From NCBI GenBank assembly GCA_963806495.1, contig CAWDYA010000010.1, positions 130,971 to 194,970 of the forward strand: a stretch of DNA of 64,000 nucleotides, given 5' to 3'. Positions 18,948 to 28,620 of the stretch are shown one piece after another. The notes beneath the pieces were generated by a model, which made no database searches, had not been told where the DNA came from, and saw only the letters and a list, made by a program, of their open reading frames with translations. Source of the stretch: an uncultured Acidobacteriota bacterium. Lineage in GTDB: Bacteria; Acidobacteriota; Polarisedimenticolia; JACPZX01; DASXTC01. Each line of letters starts with the position of its first letter. The stretch's first letter is position 1. A program made the position numbers and the translations under genes.

Positions 18948-20112
18948 ATGAACCAGCTCGAGCGAGGGTACGACGTCGTCATCGTCGGCGGTGGCGTGAT
19001 CGGCCTGGCCGTGGCGCGCGAGCTCGCCGCCGAGGGGGTCGGTGGCGTCGCGCTCGTCGAGCGCCATGACACGCCCGGCGCCGGTTCGACCAGCCGCGCC
19101 AACGGTGGGGTACGCGCCCAGTTCTCGACCCGACCCAACATCGAGTTTTCACGGTACACGATCGCCGGGCTGGAGAGGCTCCAGCGTGATACCGGTGGCT
19201 TGCCCGGGTTCATCCAGGCGGGGTACCTGCTGTTCACGGGAACCTGCCGATGGCGAGACTTCCCTGCGGCGCGGCTACGACCTTCAGCGTGAGTGCGGCG
19301 TCGAGGTCGAGTGGCTGGCACCCCGGGAGGTTACCGAGCACGCGCCGTACCTGCGACCCGATGGGCTGCGCGCCGGGACGTTCTGCCACCGGGACGGGTT
19401 GATCGATCCGCACGGGGTGGTGGCCGCGCTTCACTCCCAGGTGCGCGAGCTGCCGGTCGATCTGCTGTTCGGCACCGAGGTGACAGGGGCGCGCCGCCTC
19501 GCCGGCGGGTTCGCGCTCACCACGACCGCGGGACCGATCCGCACGCGCGTACTGGTGAACGCCGCCGGCCCCTCCGCCGCCGCGCTGGCCGCTCTGCTCG
19601 ACGTGGATCTCCCCTGCCACCCCGTGCGGCGTAACCTGGCCTGCACCGACCCGGTCGCGGGGTACCCCGACGTGATCCCGATGTGTGTCGATCTCGACAC
19701 GGGTGTGCTGATCCGGCGCGAGAGCGGCGGCTTTCTGATCGCCTGGTCCAATCCCGAGGATCCGGCGGGCACCGACCTCAGCCTCGACCCGCGGTTCCTC
19801 GGCCAGGTGGCCGAGCGGATCGGTAACCGGTTCCCATTCCTGGAAGCGGCACCGATCCGTGAGCGGAAGTGCTGGGCGGGGCTCTACCCCGAGACACCCG
19901 ACCACCACGCGATCGTCGGTCCCACGCCGGGAATGGACGAGTTCATCCAGTGCGTGGGGTTCGGTGGGCACGGGATCATGCACTCGATCGCGGCGGGGCG
20001 GGCCGTCGCCGAGCAGGTGGCGCACGGACGTTCCACCACACTCGACATCCATCCGCTGCGTTTCTCGCGGTTCGAGGAAGGGGATCTGATCGTCGAGACG
20101 GCGGTCCTCTGA
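18948..20112 (+). pseudogene. FAD-dependent oxidoreductase (DAO family), interrupted by a -1 frameshift near 19243 (sequencing indel or pseudogene)
   Basis: N-terminal FAD-binding motif 'DVVIVGGGVIGLAVAREL' in frame 1 (18948..19292); the rest of the DAO-family protein (...[18 protein letters not shown]..., ...[10 protein letters not shown]...) is in frame 2 (to 20112). The frames join at '...GYLLFTGT|[14 protein letters not shown]'. Confidence 0.7.
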
Positions 20113-20135
20113 TCGAGGCTCCGCCACAGAGGACG

Positions 20136-21243
20136 CTACCAGCCCTGATCCGCCCGCGGATCCTCCTGGTCGAGTCGCTGGAGCTCTTCCAGAAGCTCCT
20201 TCGATCGGGCGTCGAGGCGCTTCGGGGTGACGATCTGTATCACGGCGATCTGATCGCCTGCCGTCCTGCCCTTGCCCGACGGCGTGCCACGGCCGCGCAG
20301 CCTCAGCCGCTGGCCGCTGCGGCTGCCCGCCGGCACCGTGAGCGTGACCCGGCCGTCGAGCGTGGGAACCTCGAGACGCGTTCCGAGCGCGGCCTCTGAG
20401 ACCGTGAGCGGGAGGTCCAGCACGACATTGCGACCCTCCCTGCGAAAGTAACGGTGCGGCGTCACGCGAAGGATCACGTAGAGATCGCCCGATGGACCGC
20501 CGTGGACCCCGGCCTCCCCTTTGCCCGCGACCCGCACTTTGGCGCCGTCGTCCACTCCGGCCGGGATGCGGACCTGGATCGTCTCGGTGGCGCGCTTCGC
20601 CCCCGTGCCGCCGCAGTCGGCGCACGGGTCGCCGGGCGACTTCCCGGTCCCGCCGCAGTCCGGGCAGGGCACCGCCATTCCGAGCATCCCCCCGCCCATC
20701 GACATCCGTCCGGTCCCCTTGCACCGGGGGCAGGGACGGGGCTTCCCCCTGTCGACGAACCCGCGGCCCGCACAGGTCCTGCAGGAGACGGTATGCGCGA
20801 GAGGGATCCTCAGGGTCGTACCCTTCACCGCGTCCTCGAACGGGATCGAGGTTTCGAACTGCAGGTCGGCGCCGCGGCCCGGCCCCGCCGGACCGCCACC
20901 CATTCCCATGCCGGCCGCTCCGCCGCCGAAGAGCCCCTCGAAAGATCGATCCCAGGTCGGGGCCCTGCGCGCCGGAGCCTCCGCCGAACGGGTTGCCACC
21001 ACCGCGGGCGTTACGGAAGAACGACTCGTAGTCGAGATCGCCGCTCTCCCACTTGCGGCGCTTCTCCGGGTCGGTGAGCACCTCGTGGGCCTCGGAGATC
21101 TCCTTGAACTTCTCCTCCGCCCGCCGGTCGCCCGGATTGAGGTCCGGGTGATATTTCTTGGCGAGCTTCTTGTAGGCCGAGCGGATCTCCTTGTCGGATG
21201 CGGAGGGCTTCAGCCCGAGGACGGCGAAATAGTCTTTTTTCAT
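20136..21243 (-). pseudogene. dnaJ: DnaJ-class molecular chaperone (type I: J domain, G/F, Zn finger, CTD) with +1 frameshift near 20948 (sequencing indel or pseudogene)
   Basis: J domain 'DYFAVLGL...[10 protein letters not shown]' in the frame starting at 21243. The G/F region, four 'CxxCxGxG' zinc-finger repeats ([32 protein letters not shown]) and the C-terminal domain are in the frame ending at 20136. The junction 'DLGSIF|EGLFGGG' needs one base removed from 'atctttCgagggg'. Confidence 0.8.
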
Positions 21244-21360
21244 GGGGAGATTTAAAGAATGACGCCCGCATCATAGGACCCGCTTCCGGGGAGTGTCAAG
21301 AAGCCGCGAAGGCATGGTTGGTGTGGTGAGGATCCGCCACTCGTCCAGCACGGAGTCCTC

Positions 21361-22260
21361 TTGAAGCATCTCCTCATCGCTCTCGCGGCCGCCGCGGCAC
21401 TCGCCGCCATGAGCGCGCCCCCCCAGGACGCCGCGCCGCCACCGGCCGGCGACACCCGGGCCGGGGCCGAGCCGCTTCCCGAGGACGACCCGGCGTTCAT
21501 CGATTTGCTCTCCAGACTCACCGATAGGGCGGCGCAGTACCGCAGGGCGGCCCTGGGCTTCACCTGTCGCGAAGTGGTGATTACCGCCAAGTACGACATC
21601 GAGTCGTCCAACTACCGCAAGGGCGACCGGTCGACGTACGACTACCTGTTCGAGGAGCGGCCCGACGGGACGCTCAAGGAGTTTCGCGAGCTGCTCGTGG
21701 AGAAGGGCAAGAAGGTGAAGAGGCGCAGCACGGACTTCGACCCGCCCGTGCCGCCCGCTTATACCTGGGCCAGCATCTTCTCGAAGGAGAGCCGGGGAAG
21801 GTTCCATTTCCGACCCGCCGGACAGGTCGTCAAGGCGTACCGGCTGCTGACCCTGATCGACTTCGTCGGGATCTCGCCGAACCCGGGCGGCGACGATATC
21901 GCCGGCTGGAGCGGGCAGATCGCGCTCGAGTCGCGCAACCTGAACATCTGGTCGATCCGGGCCGAGCCGAGCGGCCAGCGCGCGCGTCTGGAGGTGGAGG
22001 TGCTCAAGTACCGACGCGCCTTCGCCATCGCCGGCGTCCCGCTCGCCTCGCGTCCGCACGGCTGGGGGCTCGACGTCACCTTCGGCCTCGAGGACAAGGG
22101 GCTCTCCTATCCGACCGAGCAGGTCCTCACGATGTCCTCGCTGGCGAGCAACCAGCGGATGAACACCGAGGAGAAGACCACCTTCAAGTACGAGGACTAC
22201 CGCTTCTTCATGACCAGCCAGCAGGAGGAGGTCAAGGAGACGGATCCCAACTCCCCGTAG
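21361..22260 (+). CDS. hypothetical secreted protein
   Basis: Signal peptide (MKHLLIALAAAAALAA), 299 aa, balanced composition (Lys/Glu/Tyr present, unlike spurious GC ORFs). Confidence 0.5.
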   Translation: MKHLLIALAAAAALAAMSAPPQDAAPPPAGDTRAGAEPLPEDDPAFIDLLSRLTDRAAQYRRAALGFTCREVVITAKYDIESSNYRKGDRSTYDYLFEERPDGTLKEFRELLVEKGKKVKRRSTDFDPPVPPAYTWASIFSKESRGRFHFRPAGQVVKAYRLLTLIDFVGISPNPGGDDIAGWSGQIALESRNLNIWSIRAEPSGQRARLEVEVLKYRRAFAIAGVPLASRPHGWGLDVTFGLEDKGLSYPTEQVLTMSSLASNQRMNTEEKTTFKYEDYRFFMTSQQEEVKETDPNSP

Positions 22261-22337
22261 TCGTCCTCTCCCACTCCCCGGCGAACGAGCCCCCCCGCGG
22301 GCGCGGGGAGATCGAAGGCAGCAGGTGCGGTGACAGA

Positions 22338-24371
22338 CTAGATCGACGGGCCGCCGGTGAGGAGCGTGGTGGCGGTTCCCACCTGCTCGGGGCTGCCGAG
22401 CAGCACGATCGAGTCTCCCTCGGAGAGCGTCATCGACGCGGGTGGGTTCGGGGTGACTGCCCCGCCGCGCAGCACCGCGAGCACCGTGGCGCCGCTGACA
22501 CCGCGCAGATCCAGGTCCTTCAGAGACCGGCCGGCGGCCGCCGACCCCGGGCCCACGGCGCAGACGGTCACGTCCGCCTCACGGAGCCATCCCTCGAGAC
22601 CCGACAGCGGCGGCTCCGCCGACGACTCCGCCGGCCGGCCTCCCCGGAAGAGGCCGTATCGCTCGGCCCGGATGCGGCGCGCGTGCTTCACAAGGGCCTC
22701 CCGCGGCACGCCGTACCGTTCGAGCACCCTCGAGAAGATCTCCATCGACGTCTCGACCTCCTCCGGGATGACCGCCGAGGCGCCGAGCCGGTACAGCTCG
22801 TCCACTTCGGTCAGGTAGCGGGTCCTGACCACGATGTGCAGCGCGGGGAACATCCGCTTCGCCACCGCAACCGCGCGCCGGGTCGAGACCGGGTCGGAGA
22901 TGGCGAGCACGAGGACGCGCGCCCTGACGGCTCCGAGCCGCTGCAGGACGGCCCCCGAGGCGGCGTCGCCGTACATGATCCGCTCCCCCTCGAGGCGCGC
23001 GACGCGCACCGTCTGCGGGTTCATCTCCAGGACGATGTACGCGATGCCGATCTCCGACAGCACGCGCGCAAGGTTGTGGCCGTTGAACCCGTACCCGACG
23101 ATGATCACGTGCCCCGAAAGGGCCGCGGCCGGGTCGTCCGGCTCGTCCAGATCGCGAGGCCGCGGCATCCAGCCCCGCTCCTCCCATCGCTGAACCATCG
23201 ACAGCAGCGGTGGACAGGCGGCCAGTATCAGCGGCGTCACGATCATCGTCAGCACGGCGGCGCTGAGGAAGATCTGGCTCACCGTGTCCGACATCAGACC
23301 GTATCCCGAGCCGAACCGCATCAGGACGAAGGAGAACTCTCCTACCTGCGAGAGGGCGAGCCCAGCCTGCAGGGCGATCCCGGGGCGACGGCCCAGCAGC
23401 AGGAGCACGCCACCGATCAGGATCAGCTTGAGCACGATGATCCCGGCCGCTGAAGCCAGCACGAGCACGGGACGGCCGGCCACCACGGCCGGATCCATCA
23501 GCATACCGATCGACACGAAGAACAGGCTGTTGAGGCTGTCGCGAAACGGCAGCATGTCGGCCAGCGCCTGATGACCGTACTCCGACTCGGAGATCACCAG
23601 CCCGGCGAGAAACGCGCCCAGCGCGAGCGAGAGCCCCACCGCCGACGTGAGCCATGCCGTGGCCAGGCAGATGAGGAAGATACTGATGATGAACACCTCG
23701 CGGCTCTTCAGCGCGGTGAGCCGCGCGAGCAGCCGGGGCACCAGCCACATCGCCACCACCAGCGCGCCCGCGATCACCGCGGCCGCCTGCACCAATGCCA
23801 GGGCCGGCGCTGCGAGCCGGGCCAGCGACGCGCTCCCCACTGCGCCGAACCGGCCGGGCGCCAGGTACGGTGTCAGCAGCATCATCGGCACCACGAGCAG
23901 ATCCTGGAAGACCGCAACGCCGGTGGCCACACGCCCGTGCGGCGAGTCGATCTGCCCCCGGTCGGCCAGCGCCTTGAGCGGGATGACCGTACTGCTCAGT
24001 CCGACCAGAAAGCCCAGGAAGATCCCCTGGCCGGGCGCCATGCCCATGGCACCGGACGCGGCCGCGCCCACCGCCGCGAAGGCGGCCAGCGGCAGCAGCG
24101 CGCCGGCCAGCGCCGGCCCCCAGAGCCGCCGCAGCGTCGCGAGCGAGAACTCGATCCCGATCGTGAACAGCAGCAGGATGACGCCGATGTCGGCGAGCAC
24201 CTCGATCCGCTCGATGTCCGACACGAGGCTCAGACCGTGCGGCCCGAGCAGCATGCCCGAGATCAGGAATCCGGTGATGGTGGGCAGACGGAGGCGGTGC
24301 AGGATCAGGATGACCAGCACCGAGACGCCGAAGATGACGATCAGGTCGGTGAGAAAGCCGAGACCGTGCAT
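22338..24371 (-). CDS. CPA2-family monovalent cation:proton antiporter with C-terminal RCK/TrkA-N and TrkA-C domains (KefB/KefC-like)
   Basis: About 12 TM Na+/H+-exchanger domain (MHGLGFLTDLIVIFGVSVLVILIL...), 'VIIVGYGFNGHNLARVL' Rossmann (TrkA-N), TrkA-C at the C-terminus. The true start lies inside the 1307-aa fusion ORF of the track; its ATG overlaps the stop of the upstream gene (TGATG). Confidence 0.85.
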   Translation of the reverse strand: MHGLGFLTDLIVIFGVSVLVILILHRLRLPTITGFLISGMLLGPHGLSLVSDIERIEVLADIGVILLLFTIGIEFSLATLRRLWGPALAGALLPLAAFAAVGAAASGAMGMAPGQGIFLGFLVGLSSTVIPLKALADRGQIDSPHGRVATGVAVFQDLLVVPMMLLTPYLAPGRFGAVGSASLARLAAPALALVQAAAVIAGALVVAMWLVPRLLARLTALKSREVFIISIFLICLATAWLTSAVGLSLALGAFLAGLVISESEYGHQALADMLPFRDSLNSLFFVSIGMLMDPAVVAGRPVLVLASAAGIIVLKLILIGGVLLLLGRRPGIALQAGLALSQVGEFSFVLMRFGSGYGLMSDTVSQIFLSAAVLTMIVTPLILAACPPLLSMVQRWEERGWMPRPRDLDEPDDPAAALSGHVIIVGYGFNGHNLARVLSEIGIAYIVLEMNPQTVRVARLEGERIMYGDAASGAVLQRLGAVRARVLVLAISDPVSTRRAVAVAKRMFPALHIVVRTRYLTEVDELYRLGASAVIPEEVETSMEIFSRVLERYGVPREALVKHARRIRAERYGLFRGGRPAESSAEPPLSGLEGWLREADVTVCAVGPGSAAAGRSLKDLDLRGVSGATVLAVLRGGAVTPNPPASMTLSEGDSIVLLGSPEQVGTATTLLTGGPSI

Positions 24372-26212
24372 CAGCTCCTGATCGCCGAGATTACGTCGAG
24401 CGCGCGCTCCACCTTGCCGAAGGGGGCGGAGACCTGGACTCCCTGGACGAGGTCCCTCACCCGCAGGAGCGTCTCGCGGGCGACGGCGATCCCTTCCTCG
24501 CGGGACGCGCCCTCCTCGCGGGCTTCCGCATCCCGCATGCGCTGCATGATCTCCTCGGGCACGTGCACGCCCGGGACCTCGTTGTTCATGAACTCGGCGT
24601 TGCGCAGCGACGCCAGCGGCCAGATGCCGGCGATGACCGGTATCCGGTAAGGCTCGATCCGCCCGAGGAAGGTCTCGAGCTGCGCGACGTCGAACACCGG
24701 CTGCGTGATGGCGAACTCGGCGCCCGCCTCCACCTTGTACTGGAACCGCCTCAGCTCGAACTCGAGATCCACGGCACCCGGATTGGCTCCCACTCCCACG
24801 TGATAGCCGGTGGGCCTTCCGATGACGTTGCCGCCCAGATCCAGGCCGTGGTTCAGCCGCGTGACCATGTTGGTCAGCCCGATAGCGTCCACGTCGAACA
24901 CAGCCGTCGCATCCGGGTAGTCGCCCAGCTTGGGCGGGTCGCCGGTGATGATCAGGATGTTGCGCAGCCCGATCGCCCACGCGCCGAGAAGGTCGGCCTG
25001 CATCCCGAGCAGGTTGCGGTCCCGGCAGCAGTAGTGGAGGATCGTCTCGATGCCGATCTCCTTCTCCATCATGAGGGCGAGGAACATCGGCCCCATGCGG
25101 GCGGAGGCGCGGGCCCCGTCCGGGATGTTGATCGCGTCGACCCCCTGCTCCTTGAGGTACCGCGCGCCCGCCATCACCTTCGTGGTGTCGATCCCCTTGG
25201 GCGGGTTGAGCTCCACGCTGGTGACGAATTCTCCCGCAGCGATCTTCGCGCTCAGCCGGGACTTCTCCGACCGGGGAACGGGCGTGACGTCGTGCGTGGC
25301 GGTCGAGGGCACGAAAATCTCCACCCGCCGCTGGGCCGGCCGCAGCATGCGGACCGATTTGAGGATCGCCCGCAGATGATCCGGCGTCGTGCCGCAGCAG
25401 CCGCCCACCACCTTGGCGCCCGCCTGGATGTAGCGCTTGGCGTACGTCCCCATGTACTCCGGCGAGCACAGGTAGATGTTGCGCCCCTCGACGTTGCGTG
25501 GCACGCCGGCATTCGGCTGAACGGCGATGGGACGGGTGGTGACCTTCACCATCCGGTCGACGGCGGTGAGCATAACGTGCGGCCCGACGCTGCAGTTCAC
25601 GCCGATCACGTCGGCGGCCCAGTCGTCCAGCATCCGGGTGAACACCTCGGGCGCGGTGCCATACAGGCTGCTGCCGTCCTCCTCGAGGGTGACGTGCGCC
25701 ACGAGCGGCAGGTCGCTCGCCTCCCGTACGGCCAGGATCGCCTGGTGAAGCTCGGTCAGGTCGGAGAACGTCTCGAGCGAGATGAGATCCACACCGCCCA
25801 TCAGCAGCGAGTGGGCCTGCTCGCGGAACGTCGCGCGCGCCTCGTCGATCGAGGTGGGGCCCCAGGGCTCGATCCGGATGCCGAGCGGGCCGATCGAGCC
25901 GGCCACGTAGACGTCGTCTCCGGCCACCTCGCGCGCCAGCCGCGCGCCGGCCCGATTGATCTCCTCGAGCCGGTCGTCGAGGCCGTGGCTGCGCAGCTTG
26001 AGACGGTTGGCGCCGAAGGTGTTGGTCTCCAGCACGTCGACGCCCGCCTTCCGGTAGCCCCGGTGGACCTCCTTGACCAGGTCCGGGCTCGAGAGGTTCA
26101 TCTCGTCGAAGCAGCGGTTGATGAACACACCGCGGTTGTAGAGCTCGGTGCCCATCGCACCGTCGAAGACCACGATGTTGTCGACCAGGTACTCGAGGAA
26201 AGGCTTGCGCAC
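24371..26212 (-). CDS. bifunctional homocysteine S-methyltransferase / 5,10-methylenetetrahydrofolate reductase (YitJ-like)
   Basis: N-terminal Pfam S-methyl_trans domain (homocysteine-binding; 'VVFDGAMGTEL...LETNTFGAN', 'GGCCGTTP'), C-terminal MetF/MTHFR domain ('SVELNPPKG', 'HYCCRDRN', 'ITGDPP'). GTG start at 26212. Confidence 0.85.
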   Translation of the reverse strand: MRKPFLEYLVDNIVVFDGAMGTELYNRGVFINRCFDEMNLSSPDLVKEVHRGYRKAGVDVLETNTFGANRLKLRSHGLDDRLEEINRAGARLAREVAGDDVYVAGSIGPLGIRIEPWGPTSIDEARATFREQAHSLLMGGVDLISLETFSDLTELHQAILAVREASDLPLVAHVTLEEDGSSLYGTAPEVFTRMLDDWAADVIGVNCSVGPHVMLTAVDRMVKVTTRPIAVQPNAGVPRNVEGRNIYLCSPEYMGTYAKRYIQAGAKVVGGCCGTTPDHLRAILKSVRMLRPAQRRVEIFVPSTATHDVTPVPRSEKSRLSAKIAAGEFVTSVELNPPKGIDTTKVMAGARYLKEQGVDAINIPDGARASARMGPMFLALMMEKEIGIETILHYCCRDRNLLGMQADLLGAWAIGLRNILIITGDPPKLGDYPDATAVFDVDAIGLTNMVTRLNHGLDLGGNVIGRPTGYHVGVGANPGAVDLEFELRRFQYKVEAGAEFAITQPVFDVAQLETFLGRIEPYRIPVIAGIWPLASLRNAEFMNNEVPGVHVPEEIMQRMRDAEAREEGASREEGIAVARETLLRVRDLVQGVQVSAPFGKVERALDVISAIRS

Positions 26213-26302
26213 GGTGTCCTCTCGAAGCGGCAGGCTGGGGCCGGATTATACTTTCCGTCACCGCTGGACTTCAATTCTCCGGCCGATGCACAATGACGGG
26301 CG

Positions 26303-27031
26303 ATGGATGACCTCACCATGGCCCGGGTCGCCGAATTCGGCGTCTGGTTCGTCGTTTTCCTCTTCTCCACCACGCTGCACGAGGCGGGGCACGCGCTGTT
26401 CGCGTGGCTCGGCGGCGACGACACCGCCTACCACGGCGGCCAGGTTACCCTCAACCCCCTGCCTCATGTCCGCCGCGAGCCGTTCGGGATGGTTCTCGTG
26501 CCCATTCTCGTCTTCGCGTTCTCGAGCGGCCGCTGGATGATGGGATGGGCCAGCACGCCGTACGACCCGCACTGGGCCCAGAGGCATCCGCGACGCCAGG
26601 CTCTCATGTCGGCGGCCGGCTTCGGCGCCAACCTGCTGCTGGTGATCGTCTCGTTCGCTCTGCTGTGGGTGCTCCTGGCGCGGGGCGTCCTCGTGATGCC
26701 GCCCGAGCACGCGAGCTTCAATCAGCTCGCGGTGGCCGCGCCCTCCTACGGCCCCGACTCGTACTGGCATCCGATCGCCACCTTTCTTTCGGTGGCCCTG
26801 AGCCTGAACCTCCTTCTGTTCGTCTTCAACCTCCTGCCGATTCCGCCGCTGGACGGCAGCGGTGTCATCCACGGCCTGTTCCCCGACACTCTCGGGGTCT
26901 TCATCGAGCGGTTCAGCAGAACGCCCATGATGGGATTCGTCGGGCTGCTGATCGCCTGGCAGGTCTTCCCCTATCTGTTCCGCCCCGCCCTGCGGGGAGT
27001 GCTCGGGCTGCTGTATCCCGGACATTTCTGA
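26303..27031 (+). CDS. site-2 protease family (M50) membrane metalloprotease
   Basis: 'HEAGHALFA' (HExxH) in a TM helix, 'NLLPIPPLDG' (LDG motif), 5-6 TM helices. Confidence 0.7.
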   Translation: MDDLTMARVAEFGVWFVVFLFSTTLHEAGHALFAWLGGDDTAYHGGQVTLNPLPHVRREPFGMVLVPILVFAFSSGRWMMGWASTPYDPHWAQRHPRRQALMSAAGFGANLLLVIVSFALLWVLLARGVLVMPPEHASFNQLAVAAPSYGPDSYWHPIATFLSVALSLNLLLFVFNLLPIPPLDGSGVIHGLFPDTLGVFIERFSRTPMMGFVGLLIAWQVFPYLFRPALRGVLGLLYPGHF

Positions 27032-27080
27032 TGAGAGCACTGCGCCGGCGTGCCGCGACCCGATACGCTAAGGTAACTCG

Positions 27081-27764
27081 ATGATGCGCTCGATACTCGC
27101 CGCCCTTGCCATGGGGGCAGCCCTGGCGGCCGGCGGCGCGGCGGCCCGCGAGCCCGAAGGTCCGCCCGTGCCGCCCGGCACCGCCGCGCACGGCCGCCAG
27201 ATCGCCACCCGGCTCGGATGCGGGTCGTGCCATGCCGCGACCTTCCGGCAGGAGGCCGACGACGGCCTGCTTCGCGCCGGCCATCCGCTCGAAGGCGCCG
27301 CCTACCGCGGCTCGTGGTGGAACGGCCGCATCACCACCGACGTGGGGGACGCATCGGAGTTCTGCCTGAGGACCTTCATCGACCCGAACAGCTCCGGCTT
27401 CACGGCGACGGAGCGCAAGGCGCTGGTGCTGTACATGCAGGCGCTGGGCTCCCGGCGCGGCATCAGCCCGCTGGTGCTGCTGCGCCGCGATGCCGGGGAT
27501 GTCGACCTGTCCGCGGGAGACCCGGAGCGCGGTCGCGATGTGTATGCGAGAGCCTGCACGACCTGCCACGACGGAGGCCGCGAGGCAATCCTCCTGTTGT
27601 TCGGCGATCTCTCGCCCGCGCAGGTGGCCGGTGTGGTCCGCAAAGGCAGCGAGAGGATGCCGTTCTTCCAGATCGATCGGCTCACGGCGCAACAGGTCGC
27701 CGACGTGGCCGCCTACATGGAGGCGGTCAGGAAACCGTCCCCGCCCCCGCCTCCGCCCCGGTGA
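27081..27764 (+). CDS. diheme c-type cytochrome
   Basis: Signal peptide and two CxxCH motifs ('CGSCH', 'CTTCH'), with a Met ligand candidate 'ERMPFF'. Confidence 0.7.
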   Translation: MMRSILAALAMGAALAAGGAAAREPEGPPVPPGTAAHGRQIATRLGCGSCHAATFRQEADDGLLRAGHPLEGAAYRGSWWNGRITTDVGDASEFCLRTFIDPNSSGFTATERKALVLYMQALGSRRGISPLVLLRRDAGDVDLSAGDPERGRDVYARACTTCHDGGREAILLLFGDLSPAQVAGVVRKGSERMPFFQIDRLTAQQVADVAAYMEAVRKPSPPPPPPR

Positions 27765-28620
27765 CCCGCGCGGCACGGTAGACGCTCATCTGGCCGGCGC
27801 GGCTCGACTCCCTCAGATACAGACGCAGCAGAACGAACGCCTCGGAGGCGACGAAAGCCGCGGCCAGGCCGGCGGCCGACTCCCGCCCGAGCAGCCGGTC
27901 CACGGGGAGGTACAACGCGAGCGCCCCGGCCTGCAGCACGATCGTGCCGACCTCGAGCGAGCCGACGCGCAGCGGGTGGCGCAGAACGAACCGCATCCCG
28001 GCCGACAGCGATGCCAGCATGGAGCGCTGTGCCGAGACGACGGCGTGGACGCGGGCGTAGTCCCCGAACAGTGTCACGAGGTCGAAGAGCACGAGAAACA
28101 GCGCGGCACGCGCCCACGTGATCAGCACGCCCACCCGCTCGTCGCGCACGCTCTCCATCGCGTCATCCACGAAGAGCGCCAGGTGCGTGTTGATCATCCG
28201 GTGCACCAGCCAGTACAGCGGCAGCGACAGGGCGAAGAGCCAGACGAACCGGACGAACCACCGCCGGCAGGCGACCATGAAACGGTCCATGGCGCGCCGC
28301 TCGAGCGTGTCCTCGTACGCCTGGAGCAGCCCCCCGGCAAAGAAGCAGGACAGCAGCGCCGAGAGGAAGGCCGAGACGCTCACCAGATCGAGCGTCCTGC
28401 TGAAGGACTCGGCGTGCGCCGTGGTGACATCGACCCACCAGGGCATGTCGAGCCGGTGGGTCATCTCCCGCGCCGCTTCATGATGTGAGAGTGTCGCCTC
28501 GATCGGGGTCAGCAGCGGCAGGACGGCGAGTGCCGCCACGATCAGGTTGGCGCACAGGAGCCACCAGAGGAGCCGCGCGTTCGCCGCGACGGTCCTCAGT
28601 CCCGCGCCCAGCGCCGTCAT
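27727..28620 (-). CDS. hypothetical polytopic membrane protein, translationally coupled to the M1 peptidase
   Basis: ATG at 28618-28620 overlaps the M1-peptidase stop (ATGA). 298 aa with 6-7 TM helices (MTALGAGLRTVAANARLLWWLLCANLIVAALAVL...). The first ~100 aa of the ORF-track entry (27727..28926) are out-of-frame overlap and were discarded. Confidence 0.5.
   Translation of the reverse strand: MTALGAGLRTVAANARLLWWLLCANLIVAALAVLPLLTPIEATLSHHEAAREMTHRLDMPWWVDVTTAHAESFSRTLDLVSVSAFLSALLSCFFAGGLLQAYEDTLERRAMDRFMVACRRWFVRFVWLFALSLPLYWLVHRMINTHLALFVDDAMESVRDERVGVLITWARAALFLVLFDLVTLFGDYARVHAVVSAQRSMLASLSAGMRFVLRHPLRVGSLEVGTIVLQAGALALYLPVDRLLGRESAAGLAAAFVASEAFVLLRLYLRESSRAGQMSVYRAARVTGAEAGAGTVS

Noticed and set aside
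22338-26261. 1307-aa ORF in the track
   Set aside because: It is a fusion artifact. The first ~630 aa are an out-of-frame read through the YitJ-like gene, and only the C-terminal 677 aa (from MHGLGF...) are the real CPA2 antiporter. The YitJ-like enzyme is the separate in-frame ORF 24371..26212.
24563-26296. 577-aa + strand ORF
   Set aside because: Antisense to the bifunctional HMT/MTHFR gene; His/Arg/Asp/Gly-rich low-complexity sequence.
26213-26302. SAM (S-box) riboswitch upstream of the YitJ-like gene, as in Bacillus yitJ
   Set aside because: The intergenic region is only ~90 bp and is shared with the divergent M50 protease gene. No S-box-like conserved helices were recognisable.
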